From Candidatus Woesebacteria bacterium RIFCSPHIGHO2_01_FULL_39_23 (GTDB lineage: Bacteria; Patescibacteriota; Microgenomatia; UBA8517), in the NCBI GenBank assembly GCA_001792305.1, contig MGGH01000036.1, positions 18,599 through 82,598 on the forward strand: a DNA stretch of 64,000 bases. Reading direction: 5' to 3'. Made by a program: the position numbers and the translations under genes. Position 1 is the stretch's first letter; each line of letters opens with the position of its first letter. The notes beneath the pieces were generated by a model. That model was given only the letters and a program-made list of their open reading frames with translations, was not told the DNA's origin and made no database searches. This document shows, in pieces, positions 48,871-58,981 of the stretch.

Positions 48871-49415
48871 AAGTATTCAGGTAAGAGCTTTTGTCAAAGC
48901 CTCACGAATGTTTTTCCCGCCAAACCAGCCCTTAAGGTAGACTATCGCATGTTTACTCTTGTTCCAGTCTTTAAGATAATATTTATCAATACGCCCACCC
49001 TTTTCTAAAAAGATTTCGACTAACTCATTGAATGAAGATTTTGTATTAATAATTCATTATATCATGTATCGCTAAAAAATGTTGATGTCTTTGAGTTAAT
49101 TTTGTCACCTTATCCCTAAGTTTAAAAAAATATGCCCATTTTAAGGTATTTCCCCTCACAGCGAGGGTGTGGTACGAATGTTTGGAGCCTAGTTTATCGC
49201 TTTAGAGGAAATATTGGGATATTCTGGAGAGCTCGGTTATTGGGGCGTACCGATTGGCTGACCATCTGGGACTACGTTCGGACTTGTTTTCAACCCAATT
49301 ATACTTTTGCTGTAAATATATAACAATATTAGCTAGCCAATCAAAAAAACTTTATACCAATTATGGGATTTTAGGGGGTGATTGTTGTGGCTTCTCCTTA
49401 TATCCGTTGCCCAGT

Positions 49416-49679
49416 TTAATATAGTTTTTTTAAGTCGCCTTCGATCAAAGCTTCTTTCTTCGCTTTAGTCCACTTCTTAATCTGGTATTCCCTATCCATT
49501 GCACTTTTTATATCTGCATAAGTTTCTGAATAAACCACGATTACCGGCTTCTTTGCTCTTAGGTATTTAGCTCCTCGAGTTTTGCTCGAATTGTGCTCCT
49601 TCAATCTATTTTCCAGATTAGAAGTCATTCCGCAATAAAGAGAACTATCAGAACAACGGAGAATATAGAAGTAATACAT
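49416..49679 (-). CDS. Small GIY-YIG nuclease (UPF0213-like)
   Basis: YFYIL..LYCG.T.NLENRLKEH..GAKY..A..RE..IKK. Confidence 0.9.
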   Translation of the reverse strand: MYYFYILRCSDSSLYCGMTSNLENRLKEHNSSKTRGAKYLRAKKPVIVVYSETYADIKSAMDREYQIKKWTKAKKEALIEGDLKKLY

Positions 49680-49686
49680 GAATTTT

Positions 49687-49770
49687 CCTTCGACTCTGGT
49701 TCGATTTCACTCACCATCGCCCAGGACCTTCTCCTCCTGGGCTATAGCCCTGAGCGAAGTCGAAAGGCTG
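49687..49770. repeat. REP-like nested palindromes upstream of GIY-YIG copy A
   Basis: CCTTCGACTC[TGGTTCGATTTCACTCACCA]TCGCCCAGG ... CCCTGAGCGAAGTCGAAAGGCTG. Confidence 0.75.
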
Positions 49771-49895
49771 AGCGGGTCGGTCTAGGCCCTTTCAGTCCTT
49801 ATAACTCAACTAATCCATTGTCTCACATTAAGGCTAAACGAGACAAATGAGACAGTACAAAAAAGAGGGCTCCGTTCAACACAAAAATGTCGGTT

Positions 49896-50909
49896 TTAGC
49901 TCTCGAAGGAAAAGCGAGCTAAAAGGTAAGAAATAGAAGATTCAGCACCTTGATTTAAGTTAATAGATTTTTCTCCGACCCCGTCATAGCATCCTCCAGT
50001 AGTTCGATCATAAACAACCTGCCCAAGAACATTATCCCCCAAAAACCAGTAAAATGTTTTGTGTGTCAACTCTTTGTAATGCTCCTTTTTTGTTACTTGG
50101 AACATTGTGTTGAGAGCCTCTACTGTGGCAGCGGCGTCCTTGGGCTGTTGGTCAAAATAGTGTCTTGTCCCTCCCTTGACAAACCAGCCACTTTGGCCGA
50201 TAGGAATATATACATTGTCCTTAAAGGTATGTTTAATTAAGAAGTTGAAGGTTTTTTCAGACACTTCGAGATATTTTCTCTCGCCGGTTATTTTGTATCC
50301 GAGGAGGAGTGCTTCTGGTAGGATGGCATTTGAATATGTTAAATAAGGCTCGAACCACTCCCATTCTAGAGAGTGACTCTTGTTATATAAAGTCACGAGT
50401 TGTTCACAATGGTGCCTTAGTGCAGCAAGGGTTTTGGGTTCTTTCCATTTCGAAAGTAAACAACTAAAAGCTTTAATGTAAAAGGCAATAGCGCGAGGTG
50501 AGGAGAAAACAACGTTTTTCCGGAAACTCTGTTCAAAGGTGGAATGAGTTTGATGCCTTAATCGTTTGGGAATTTGCTTAGTAGTTGAAACCAGAGCAAG
50601 AGCATATAAGGCTCTGGCGCTGGCGTCCTCCAAGTTTTCCTGGCGATTTCTCTCTTCGTCAACAACATGGTTGGGATTGACATAATTATTAAAATAACCA
50701 TCAGGTTTGGTTACTCGGCAAAGAAAGTTGAGATATATGGAGGCAAGTTTTAGCGAAAATGGAGTTCTGAATTTTTTGTAATGGAGAGTGGCAACAACTA
50801 ACGCTCTGGCATTATCATCCACACAATATCCTTCTCTTGAATCAAGTGTGGCTATTAACGAATGTTCCAAAATTCCAACACAATCAGTCATTCTATATAA
50901 ATGACCCAA
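49896..50909 (-). CDS. Six-hairpin glycosidase-like domain usually fused to GT4
   Basis: HLYRMTD..GILEH, GYCVDDNARAL, FDQQP, CYDG..NLNQGAES; weak TTG start. Confidence 0.8.
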   Translation of the reverse strand: MGHLYRMTDCVGILEHSLIATLDSREGYCVDDNARALVVATLHYKKFRTPFSLKLASIYLNFLCRVTKPDGYFNNYVNPNHVVDEERNRQENLEDASARALYALALVSTTKQIPKRLRHQTHSTFEQSFRKNVVFSSPRAIAFYIKAFSCLLSKWKEPKTLAALRHHCEQLVTLYNKSHSLEWEWFEPYLTYSNAILPEALLLGYKITGERKYLEVSEKTFNFLIKHTFKDNVYIPIGQSGWFVKGGTRHYFDQQPKDAAATVEALNTMFQVTKKEHYKELTHKTFYWFLGDNVLGQVVYDRTTGGCYDGVGEKSINLNQGAESSISYLLARFSFES

Positions 50910-50911
50910 AT

Positions 50912-51385
50912 TTATTCCGTATCAATTAAAACCAACTCGCCGCATTTGGGATAATTTGAAAGGTCAAATTTTAGAATATTCCTCTTTTTGAGAATAGCAA
51001 TTATTACGGCCAAGGGCCATCCATGAGAACAAACACCGACTTTTTCCGACTCGACGGTTTTAATCTCATCCAAAAAGGCTTTTATTCGTTGGGTTAGGTC
51101 TTTTAAGTTTTCTAAGCCTCTGGAAACTTTTTCCTCTTCCAGTCTTTGAGAGAAAACAACTTCTATTGCCGGAACTTCTTTTTTTATGATCTCTACCGTC
51201 TGGACACATCTTTTAATGGGGGAGGAATAAATTACCCCTACTTCTTCTTTGTCCAATTTAGCGGCAATTTCTTTGGCCTGAGAAACCCCGTCATGAATAA
51301 TTTCAGCCGACTCAATTTGTTTTCCATACGGATAACCATATTTTGAGCAGTAAGTATCTCCGTGACGAAATAAGTAGAAGATCAT
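50912..51385 (-). CDS. Histidine phosphatase family protein
   Basis: FRHGDT, SSPIKRCVQT, CSHG. Confidence 0.9.
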   Translation of the reverse strand: MIFYLFRHGDTYCSKYGYPYGKQIESAEIIHDGVSQAKEIAAKLDKEEVGVIYSSPIKRCVQTVEIIKKEVPAIEVVFSQRLEEEKVSRGLENLKDLTQRIKAFLDEIKTVESEKVGVCSHGWPLAVIIAILKKRNILKFDLSNYPKCGELVLIDTE

Positions 51386-52560
51386 TTGATTACAGTCGCT
51401 CTAGCGGACTTGTTTAAAATCTTTTCGTAAACAAGGAGGGTCTTTTTTGCTGTAGCTGTCCACGAGAACTGTCTCGCCCGGATAAGGCCTTGAGCCACAA
51501 GCTTATTTCTCAAATCTTTATTTTTTATTTTTTTGAAAGCCTCCGAAAGCTCCTTGAGGTTGTCAGGCGAAGCAAACAAGGCAAATTCTTTAGCTACCTC
51601 TAACATACCGGAGACAGGCGAAGTAATCACTGGTACTCCGATACTGGCTGCTTCAAGTGGCGGGAAACCAAAACCTTCATAAACTGACGGATAGACCAAG
51701 GCGATTGATTTTTTCATTAATGAGGCTTTTTCTTCTTCGGAGACTTCTCCGGTAAAAATAACTTTGTTTTTAACCATTGCGCCCTCGGCGGTTTTAAAAT
51801 ATTCTTGTATTTCTTGGCAACAGATAATTGCTTCGATGTATTTTTCTGTTTCGCCGCTAATGACTAAAACTTCGTTAGCATTAACTTCTTGGAGATACCT
51901 ATTAAATGCCTTTACCAAAAAAAGAAGATTTTTTCTGGGCTCGATTCCTCCAACAAAAAGAAAGTAATCTGATTTAATAGGAAATCTCTTCAGATTTTCT
52001 TCAATTTTTTGTTCGGAGAACAATTTGGGGGGATTAAAGCCATTATAAACGACATTTATTCTTGCTGGGTTGATTTTAAAATGCCTGACTAAGTCATTCT
52101 TAGTTGTTTTAGAAACAGCGATAATTTCCGCCTTGGAGAATTTGTTTATTAAAAGATGGGTTTTGTAGATAATTTTCCTTGATAAGGGCCAAAAATTATA
52201 CGAAAATTGGGGGAAAAGTAGAGGTGAAATATCATGAATGGTGATGACGGAGGGAACTGGACAAAAAAGAGGCAAACCATTGTCGGCAGTGTTGTGATAC
52301 AAGTCAATTGGTAGTTGTTTTATTTTTCTTGGAAGGGCAATTTGGCTCCAGAGCAAGGCCTTTATTTTTTTAGGAGCGGAAACTGGAACTTCAATAATTT
52401 TTGCCCTTTGGGGCGGAGTGATAAAGAAATTGGTTTTCTCAACAACCAAGAAGATTTCCACTCCAAGTTTAATCAGTTCATTGGCAAGATTAAATTGATA
52501 TCGTCCGATTCCTCTGGTAGTAGCCCAAGTTAAAGCTCGGGCGTCAAGCGCAACCTTCAT
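51382..52560 (-). CDS. Glycosyltransferase family 4
   Basis: GIGRY, TIHD, EPRKN, YEGFGFPPLEA. Confidence 0.93.
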   Translation of the reverse strand: MKVALDARALTWATTRGIGRYQFNLANELIKLGVEIFLVVEKTNFFITPPQRAKIIEVPVSAPKKIKALLWSQIALPRKIKQLPIDLYHNTADNGLPLFCPVPSVITIHDISPLLFPQFSYNFWPLSRKIIYKTHLLINKFSKAEIIAVSKTTKNDLVRHFKINPARINVVYNGFNPPKLFSEQKIEENLKRFPIKSDYFLFVGGIEPRKNLLFLVKAFNRYLQEVNANEVLVISGETEKYIEAIICCQEIQEYFKTAEGAMVKNKVIFTGEVSEEEKASLMKKSIALVYPSVYEGFGFPPLEAASIGVPVITSPVSGMLEVAKEFALFASPDNLKELSEAFKKIKNKDLRNKLVAQGLIRARQFSWTATAKKTLLVYEKILNKSARATVIK

Positions 52561-53724
52561 TTAAAGCTCGTTAAATAATTTTATATAATCCTTAGCAATA
52601 TTTTTCCAAGTCAGCTTTCTAGCATAGTTTTGAGCATTCCGACCAAATTTCTCGATTTCTTGAGGATGATTCAAAAGATAAATGGCGGCTTCGGACAGCG
52701 TTGTCCTGTCAGAAAAAGGAACCAGTATCCCTCGGTTGTTTTTAAGGATGTCTTGGGCGTGAAAAAACGGCGTAGAGATGATTGCTTTCCCTGTAGCCAT
52801 GGCAAAAAGCAGACTGCCACTTGAACCGTGGTCAAGGATACTATAAGGGGTTACAAAGACGTCGATTTTAGCCAAAAGGGCCTTTATCTCTTCAGGGGAA
52901 AGATACTGGTTTTTGATAAGAACATATTTTCCTGTCTTAAGCCTTTTAACTAAGTCTTTCAGGTGGCGGAAGTAAGACCGAATGACTGGCCTTGAGGAAA
53001 CCCTGCCCATAATAATTATTCTTGCCTGGGGAACAACTCTTCTGATTTTTGGTAGAGCGCTTATTAAGTATTCATAGCCTTTTCTGTCGGTAAGAATACC
53101 CCATGCGCCGATTATTTTTTTATTGTTGAACCTTGATGGAAGCTTAATTTTTCCCCTTGTCTTCTTTTCAAGTAAATATTCTGGTATCCCATGGTTAATT
53201 ACCACTACCTTTGATTGGGGAAAAGTACCCGCCCTTACCAGTAATTTCTTGGCTGTTTCAGAAATAAGGATGATCTTATCCGACCTTTCCCCAATTTCCT
53301 CAATTAGTTTTTGCCTGGGCGAGATAAAAACTTTTGATGGTGAATAAACGATTTGGTGAATAACGCAAATTTTTGGTTTTTTGATTTTTTCCAGAAAAGG
53401 AAGGATGTGGTTTCCCGAATTTCCGCCGTAAATATCAAATTGGTGTTGAAGACAAACCACTGTATTTTTAGGAAGGGAGTTTATGTATTTGGCTGCCTTG
53501 AAATAAGCATTTAGACTTTCTTTTTCAATGCTTAAACTGACCCGAGAATCATATGAGTAATTTTTATTTTTTGGGGTTAGGGCTAAAACTTCATAAGGAA
53601 AGTTGGCGTTATTTTTTTTGATTCCCTCGGCTAAATCGTGGCAGAAATTAGCGATTCCACACTGGGCTGGTGGCCATGTGGAGACAAAAATTACGTGTTT
53701 ATTGCTAGTCAAGGAGTTTTTCAT
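52561..53724 (-). CDS. Glycosyltransferase family 4
   Basis: STWPPAQCGIA, LQHQFDIYGG, INHGIP, SSGSLLFAM..ISTPF. Confidence 0.92.
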   Translation of the reverse strand: MKNSLTSNKHVIFVSTWPPAQCGIANFCHDLAEGIKKNNANFPYEVLALTPKNKNYSYDSRVSLSIEKESLNAYFKAAKYINSLPKNTVVCLQHQFDIYGGNSGNHILPFLEKIKKPKICVIHQIVYSPSKVFISPRQKLIEEIGERSDKIILISETAKKLLVRAGTFPQSKVVVINHGIPEYLLEKKTRGKIKLPSRFNNKKIIGAWGILTDRKGYEYLISALPKIRRVVPQARIIIMGRVSSRPVIRSYFRHLKDLVKRLKTGKYVLIKNQYLSPEEIKALLAKIDVFVTPYSILDHGSSGSLLFAMATGKAIISTPFFHAQDILKNNRGILVPFSDRTTLSEAAIYLLNHPQEIEKFGRNAQNYARKLTWKNIAKDYIKLFNEL

Positions 53725-54895
53725 AGAGCTTTTCTGTTTTTCTCACCGCCTTTTCCCAACCGAAATTTCGGCAAATTTTTTTATGACCAAGCTCTCCCAT
53801 TTTTAATGCTTTTTCCTTGTTTTGAAGTAAGAAGATTACCCTCTGGGTAAAATCATTTATGTTGTCATTCCCGTTTACTAGAAAACCGTCTTTCTTATCG
53901 TTAATGATCGTTTGTGTACCTCCAATTTTTGTTGTTACCACCGGGACCTTATTATAGAGAGCCTCGGCCAAAGCAATCCCAAAAGATTCATAGGTTGTAG
54001 GCGATAAAAATACTTCAGCCATTTTAAAGAGTCCAGCTTTTTCTGAAATGGTGACTGGGCCGAGAATTGACATATTGGAGTTCATTCCAAGACGCTTAAT
54101 AAGGGGTAAAACTTGCTTTGTCTTGTAAGAAAAATTATATTCCGGCCATGACCCGCAGGCTAACAAATATAGCGAAGGAATAACTTTTCTAACCTCATTA
54201 ACAATTTTTATTGCTTCATAAAGTCCTTTTCTGGGATTCTTCAAGTCTGCAAGAATAAGGATAAACCTCCGATTCTTGGGTAAATTAAACTTTTTAATTA
54301 AAGAATCTTCGAGGGTAAAATTCTCAAACTGGCTAAAATCCACCCCTGGCTCTATCACCGCGAGTTTTCCGTTCAGAAGCGCATTGAAAGTCTTTTGAAT
54401 ATCAGATTTTTCTTCTTTTGAAGCGCAGATAATTCTTTTTGATTCAATGCAGGCTGTTTTTCCGAAAACTTCATGGGTTGCTTTCCATATTAAATAATCT
54501 TGTTTTTCCCTATAAGCCCAACACGGATGAAAATATGTACTGACTACTAATGGTACATTTTTTACGCGGGCTGACAAGATGGCCATTTGAGTCGTCAAAT
54601 CGCTTATACCGTGGGCGTGAATAATATCAACCTTAAGCTTCAGAAGAGTCTTGGCTAAATCTGGGATGAAGAATCTTCTTGAAGGCACGGAAGTTGGGAC
54701 GGCAGGAAGACCAATAAATTTTACGTTTTTTAGATTTTTAAGCCTATTTTTGTTAAGTGGAATTCCTGTAAGCTCGTCAGAAGAAACAATATAGACGAAA
54801 TGGCCTTTTTGTGAGAGGCCTTTTGCTAGTTGGAAGATGTATTCACTTCTTCCCCCTTCGTCAAGAAATTTGAAATTAACATGAACAATTTTCAT
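53705..54895 (-). CDS. Glycosyltransferase family 4
   Basis: GGRSE, IIHAH, RKG, ESFGIALAEA; own TTGATT-N17-TATAAT promoter at 54972-55000. Confidence 0.92.
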   Translation of the reverse strand: MKIVHVNFKFLDEGGRSEYIFQLAKGLSQKGHFVYIVSSDELTGIPLNKNRLKNLKNVKFIGLPAVPTSVPSRRFFIPDLAKTLLKLKVDIIHAHGISDLTTQMAILSARVKNVPLVVSTYFHPCWAYREKQDYLIWKATHEVFGKTACIESKRIICASKEEKSDIQKTFNALLNGKLAVIEPGVDFSQFENFTLEDSLIKKFNLPKNRRFILILADLKNPRKGLYEAIKIVNEVRKVIPSLYLLACGSWPEYNFSYKTKQVLPLIKRLGMNSNMSILGPVTISEKAGLFKMAEVFLSPTTYESFGIALAEALYNKVPVVTTKIGGTQTIINDKKDGFLVNGNDNINDFTQRVIFLLQNKEKALKMGELGHKKICRNFGWEKAVRKTEKLYEKLLD

Positions 54896-55038
54896 AACCG
54901 TAAGATCCTACTTATATTTACTGAAGGCAGGTCATTTGCAATTAAAATCTCTTTGTGGAGGGATTTCCCAAATTATATACGAGTTCGTTCCCTAAATCAA
55001 AAAGTCGAATTGATTGGGATCTAGTAGTCAAAATTTGT

Positions 55039-56064
55039 TCATGGCTTTAGCGGATTTTTCTTGAGTTTAGTCAATAGCTCTGTGAGGTTAATAGATTTCG
55101 CGGCAATTACCGTGTCAGCGGCTCCATAAAAAATATAAAGTCTTCCATTTCTTACTACCGCTCCAGTAGGAAAGACGATATTATTCGTAATGCCACTTTT
55201 TTCCCAGGGAGCCTTTGGGGAAAACAGAGGTTCAGTTAATCGTCCTAAAACTCTCAGGGGATTTTTACGATCAAGAAGTGCAGCAGTAGCATGGTAGATT
55301 TTTCCTAAAGGCGTATCCTCCACTGCGTGGTAAATAATGAGCCACCCGTCTTTTGTCTCAATGGGAGGACAACCACCGCCAATTTTGTAGTTTTCAAACC
55401 AATAAAAAGGATCAAACACAACAAAATCACCCAAATTCTTAAAATAATCGCGCCAACGATCTTCAGTAAGTTCAGAGAAATCGTTAAATTTAATAATTTG
55501 AATCCCGGGTAAAACTCGGTGGAGAAGAACAAACTTGCCACCGAATTTTCTGGGGAAAAGTGAGGCATCCTTTTCAAATAGCAAGATGTCCTTTCCAACC
55601 ACTTCTTTGTAGAACATTTCAAACATCCTGTACCTCTCTCTAACTTTTGACTCGCGAAAAATATCCTCAGCTTTATCGTAGGATATTTTCGGTGAGATAA
55701 TTCCATGTTTAGTGAAATGAATAAGATCCTTACTGGTGGCGTAGGCAATGAGAGCGTTATTGCCGTCATAGGCAGTGTAGAAAAGGTAGTATGTTCCTTC
55801 TAAAAGAGTAATTCTTGGATCTTCTACACCCTTTTCCTCATAATCATATTCCGGAAAAAGAACTGGTTCCTTAAGTCTTTTTACAACTTTATTATCGACA
55901 AGCTGGCAATAACCTATGGAAGAAATATCATTATGGTTAATTGCCCGATAGAACATGTGGGTCATGTCATCCACCTGGATACAGGCCGGGTTCAAAACAG
56001 CCTTATTTTCAAATTCCAGATTTGTTTTCTCTAAAATTATTCCCTCGTCTTTGATTTTTAACAT
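55039..56064 (-). CDS. GH130-like glycosidase/phosphorylase
   Basis: VLNPA, GVEDPR, YTAYDG, KD..LFP, KIGGGCPP, FPTG, YGAAD. Confidence 0.88.
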   Translation of the reverse strand: MLKIKDEGIILEKTNLEFENKAVLNPACIQVDDMTHMFYRAINHNDISSIGYCQLVDNKVVKRLKEPVLFPEYDYEEKGVEDPRITLLEGTYYLFYTAYDGNNALIAYATSKDLIHFTKHGIISPKISYDKAEDIFRESKVRERYRMFEMFYKEVVGKDILLFEKDASLFPRKFGGKFVLLHRVLPGIQIIKFNDFSELTEDRWRDYFKNLGDFVVFDPFYWFENYKIGGGCPPIETKDGWLIIYHAVEDTPLGKIYHATAALLDRKNPLRVLGRLTEPLFSPKAPWEKSGITNNIVFPTGAVVRNGRLYIFYGAADTVIAAKSINLTELLTKLKKNPLKP

Positions 56065-56254
56065 TATTAAAACTCCTTTAAGCTTACTCTGTTTCAAAAA
56101 GAGTATGAAGACGAAGCCATTATATCAAAAAGACCACTTCATTATTATAGATAAAAGGTATATTTGGATTTTTGAAGCATCTCAATCACTAGAGTACCCT
56201 GTTTGGCTGACGGATTACGAAAAAAGGTCAAATCCAACGGATGTAAAAAATGTT

Positions 56255-57445
56255 TTAATCAACAAAGGTTAGTGCAATACCTTTTTTGTCTGCCCTTCCT
56301 GTTCTACCAATTCTGTGGATATACGCTTCATAAGACTCAGGTAAGTCATAGTTGATAACATGACTGACATTAGGAATATCCAGTCCTCTTGAAGCAACAT
56401 CGGTTGCTATAAGAATCCTAATTTCGTTTCTTTTAAATTTCTCCAATATCCTGATTCTTTGGCTTTGCCTCTTATTGCCGTGGATAGCATCCGCCTTAAA
56501 GCCTCTTTTAACAAGTTCATTTGAAAGTCTTTGTACACCGTGTTTTGTTCTTCCAAAGACGAGAGTTTTTTCAAACTCTTTTTGAATAAGGAGTTCGTGA
56601 AGTTTGTCCACTTTCATACCAGAATCAAAAACTTTAATTGTACTTTGGATAATGTTTTCCGGTGCTTCTTTTGTTTTAACCGATACAGTAACAGGATTTT
56701 GTACGAATCTTTCTAAAATTTTTCTTACCCCGCCATTAATTGTTGCCGAGAAAAAAAGCGATTGCCGGACTTTGGGAAGCAGGGAAATAATGTTGTTAAC
56801 GTCTTTAATAAATCCGATATCAACCATACGGTCTACCTCATCAAGAACAACTGAACCAAAATTTGAAAGAATTAAACTTCTTGATCTTATATGATCTTCG
56901 ATTCTTCCAGGTGTCCCAATTACAAAATTTGGATTTCTTCTTAGATCATCTTTCTGTCTTTTAATATTTGTTCCACCAATACAAAGAGCAGAGTGAATAT
57001 TAAGACCTTTTGAAAAATCAAGAAACTCTTTTCTTATTTGGAATGCCAATTCACGAGTTGGTGTAATAATAATTACTTTTTGGTTTCTATCTTTTAAAAC
57101 CTTATCTACTAATGGAATTAAAAATGCTGCAGTTTTCCCGGTTCCCGTATTGGCAATTCCAATTAAATCTCGTCCTTCAAGAATAAATGGAATTGACTGG
57201 TCTTGAATTGGTGTTGGGGTTTTATATCCTTTTTGTAGTATATTTTCCTTCAACTTATCGGAGACTTGAAAGTCGGAAAAGGTATACGATATGGCATATT
57301 TCTCGGTATCCTTTCTATCTTGGGGCGTATTAATTAGGTTTGTGGGGTCAAAAGATCTAACCCTTGTTCTGGCACGAAGGCAAATACTGCCGAAACGGTT
57401 AAAATTGTTTCCGTCTCTCTTTTTTTGATTAAATTGCCTCTGCAT
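56255..57445 (-). CDS. DEAD-box RNA helicase
   Basis: TPIQ, ANTGTGKT, PTRELA, DEVD, SAT, HRIGRTGR. Confidence 0.95.
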   Translation of the reverse strand: MQRQFNQKKRDGNNFNRFGSICLRARTRVRSFDPTNLINTPQDRKDTEKYAISYTFSDFQVSDKLKENILQKGYKTPTPIQDQSIPFILEGRDLIGIANTGTGKTAAFLIPLVDKVLKDRNQKVIIITPTRELAFQIRKEFLDFSKGLNIHSALCIGGTNIKRQKDDLRRNPNFVIGTPGRIEDHIRSRSLILSNFGSVVLDEVDRMVDIGFIKDVNNIISLLPKVRQSLFFSATINGGVRKILERFVQNPVTVSVKTKEAPENIIQSTIKVFDSGMKVDKLHELLIQKEFEKTLVFGRTKHGVQRLSNELVKRGFKADAIHGNKRQSQRIRILEKFKRNEIRILIATDVASRGLDIPNVSHVINYDLPESYEAYIHRIGRTGRADKKGIALTFVD

Positions 57446-57700
57446 AAGTTTAAAGATTAAACAAATCGAAGGGACAAAACTGCCTAAATAAGGAAGATGT
57501 ACTTATGAATAACGGAGAAAAGATACGAATTAAACAGTTAATAAACTAAGGGCATCTTTATCTTGTGAAACTCAAAGCACGCTCAAATTTAAGCAGATTT
57601 ATCACTTCAATCTGCTAATACAAAACTATTGTACTACGAATAAGCCAACAATGCAAGCAACTATAGGGTATAGAATAACTTTGTTAAGCTAAGTATCTTA

Positions 57701-57970
57701 CTAGAACTTTTTTAGTAAATCTAAGTTTCCCAAAATCAAAGTTTCCTTCTTGGCTCGTGGCCACTTTTTAAGTTGAACCTCTCTTTGCATGGCCCCTTTC
57801 CGGGTTTTGTACTCCTCGTTATAAACCAGATTTAAAGAAGAAAAATACCGGGTATATTTTGCAGATTTACTGGTTTTATTTTTGTGCTCTTGTATCCTTT
57901 TTTCAAGATTGTTTGTTTGACCTCCGTATAAAGTGTTAGAAGAAGTCCGGATAATATAGACAAAATACAT
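57701..57970 (-). CDS. Small GIY-YIG nuclease (UPF0213-like)
   Basis: YFVYI..LYGG.TNNLEKRIQEH..SAKYTR..AMQRE..LKK. Confidence 0.9.
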   Translation of the reverse strand: MYFVYIIRTSSNTLYGGQTNNLEKRIQEHKNKTSKSAKYTRYFSSLNLVYNEEYKTRKGAMQREVQLKKWPRAKKETLILGNLDLLKKF

Positions 57971-58045
57971 GGTTCGACTTTACTCACCACCCGACATTCT
58001 TATAGGTCTATAGCCCTGAGCGACTGTGGGGAGTCGAATGGCTGC
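57970..58045. repeat. REP-like palindromes upstream of GIY-YIG copy B, ending in the tRNA-Gln 3' heptamer
   Basis: TGGTTCGACTTTACTCACCA ... CTATAGCCCTGAGCGA..AGTCGAATGGCTGC. Confidence 0.78.
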
Positions 58046-58127
58046 GAACCGTGGACGCTATTCGAACATATTTTACAACAACATCCGAATCAATAACCAT
58101 TCCTAATTTTAACTTAGTTCAGATTTC

Positions 58128-58511
58128 TTAGAGATTATTATCAATGAAAATTTTCAGAGAGTCTAAATCCTTTTTGTCAGGGTCGTAATAATATGATGTT
58201 ATACCTACAGATTGGGCACTTTTTACTGCCTCTGGATTATGCTCGAAATAAACCACTTCACCAGCTCTCAGATTGAACTTTTTAAGCAAAGTTTTGAAAT
58301 ATCTTGGGTCGGTTTTTTCAGGATTGTGTTTGAGTGTAAAAACTTCATAGGGCATTTTATCCAAACCAAATAATTTGAACTGCTCATCATTTGCCCCTGT
58401 CAAAATAATTTTCCTGTTTGGGTAGGTTTCAAGCAAATCTTGCATTTCTTTGAAAGTACCTTCACCTTCAATAACAAACGCGTCCACTGCATCAACCAAA
58501 ATTGTTTTCAT
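58128..58511 (-). CDS. Short HAD-like hydrolase
   Basis: ILVDAVD, LTG, PEKTDP, YFEHN..AQSVGI. Confidence 0.8.
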   Translation of the reverse strand: MKTILVDAVDAFVIEGEGTFKEMQDLLETYPNRKIILTGANDEQFKLFGLDKMPYEVFTLKHNPEKTDPRYFKTLLKKFNLRAGEVVYFEHNPEAVKSAQSVGITSYYYDPDKKDLDSLKIFIDNNL

Positions 58512-58549
58512 TTCACCTTTATATTATAACCTAAGTTTAATGGAGTAAA

Positions 58550-58981
58550 TTATTCGATATTCTCATATCTTCCGCCTTCATAAGGCGGAAAACAAATTTC
58601 ATAAGCCCTTAGATTGCTTTCGGGGTCTGCTTCCCATTGCATATGCTCATCAATGGCTACTGTAACTACAACAGGTTCTTTCAAATCCTCTGTAACCTCA
58701 TAAATTTGTTTGCTGCCGTCAGCTTTAGTAACAGTAAGTTTTCCCTCTCCAGAAATATAACCCTCAACAGTTCTGTCTCCCTTGAGAACTTTCTGTAGTG
58801 GGGTTTTACTGCCAGGTTTAATTCTAATTATTCCTAAATCTTTGGTCTTATCACCATCAAAGGTATAAGCATCACACTCAACTCCCTCTGCTACCTGCAT
58901 TGTTTCCACGAAAGAAACTGGGTATTCTTTACCTTCAAAACTAAAACTTTTCATAGGTATCATTTCCAGTTCTGTATTCAT
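58550..58981 (-). CDS. Cupin-like hypothetical protein
   Basis: beta-rich, EGYISGEGKL, YEICFPPY. Confidence 0.65.
   Translation of the reverse strand: MNTELEMIPMKSFSFEGKEYPVSFVETMQVAEGVECDAYTFDGDKTKDLGIIRIKPGSKTPLQKVLKGDRTVEGYISGEGKLTVTKADGSKQIYEVTEDLKEPVVVTVAIDEHMQWEADPESNLRAYEICFPPYEGGRYENIE

Noticed and set aside
48877-49053. Minus-strand open frame (..FNELVEIFLEKGGRIDKYY..) after a TATAAT
   Set aside because: Looks protein-like but has no standard start codon, so not called
49132-49323. 63-aa ORF, plus ORFs 59700-59906 and 62094-62276
   Set aside because: Treated as junction or recombinase-tail remnants, not genes
49819-49854. TGTCTCA / GAGACA / TGAGACA short repeats near an att-like core
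   Set aside because: Too short to separate from chance without comparative data
54896-54970. Possible riboswitch in the GT4 leader
   Set aside because: No convincing aptamer consensus or terminator
57446-57660. Long 5' leader of the DEAD-box helicase
   Set aside because: Long leaders are common for such helicases and no distinctive structure was seen
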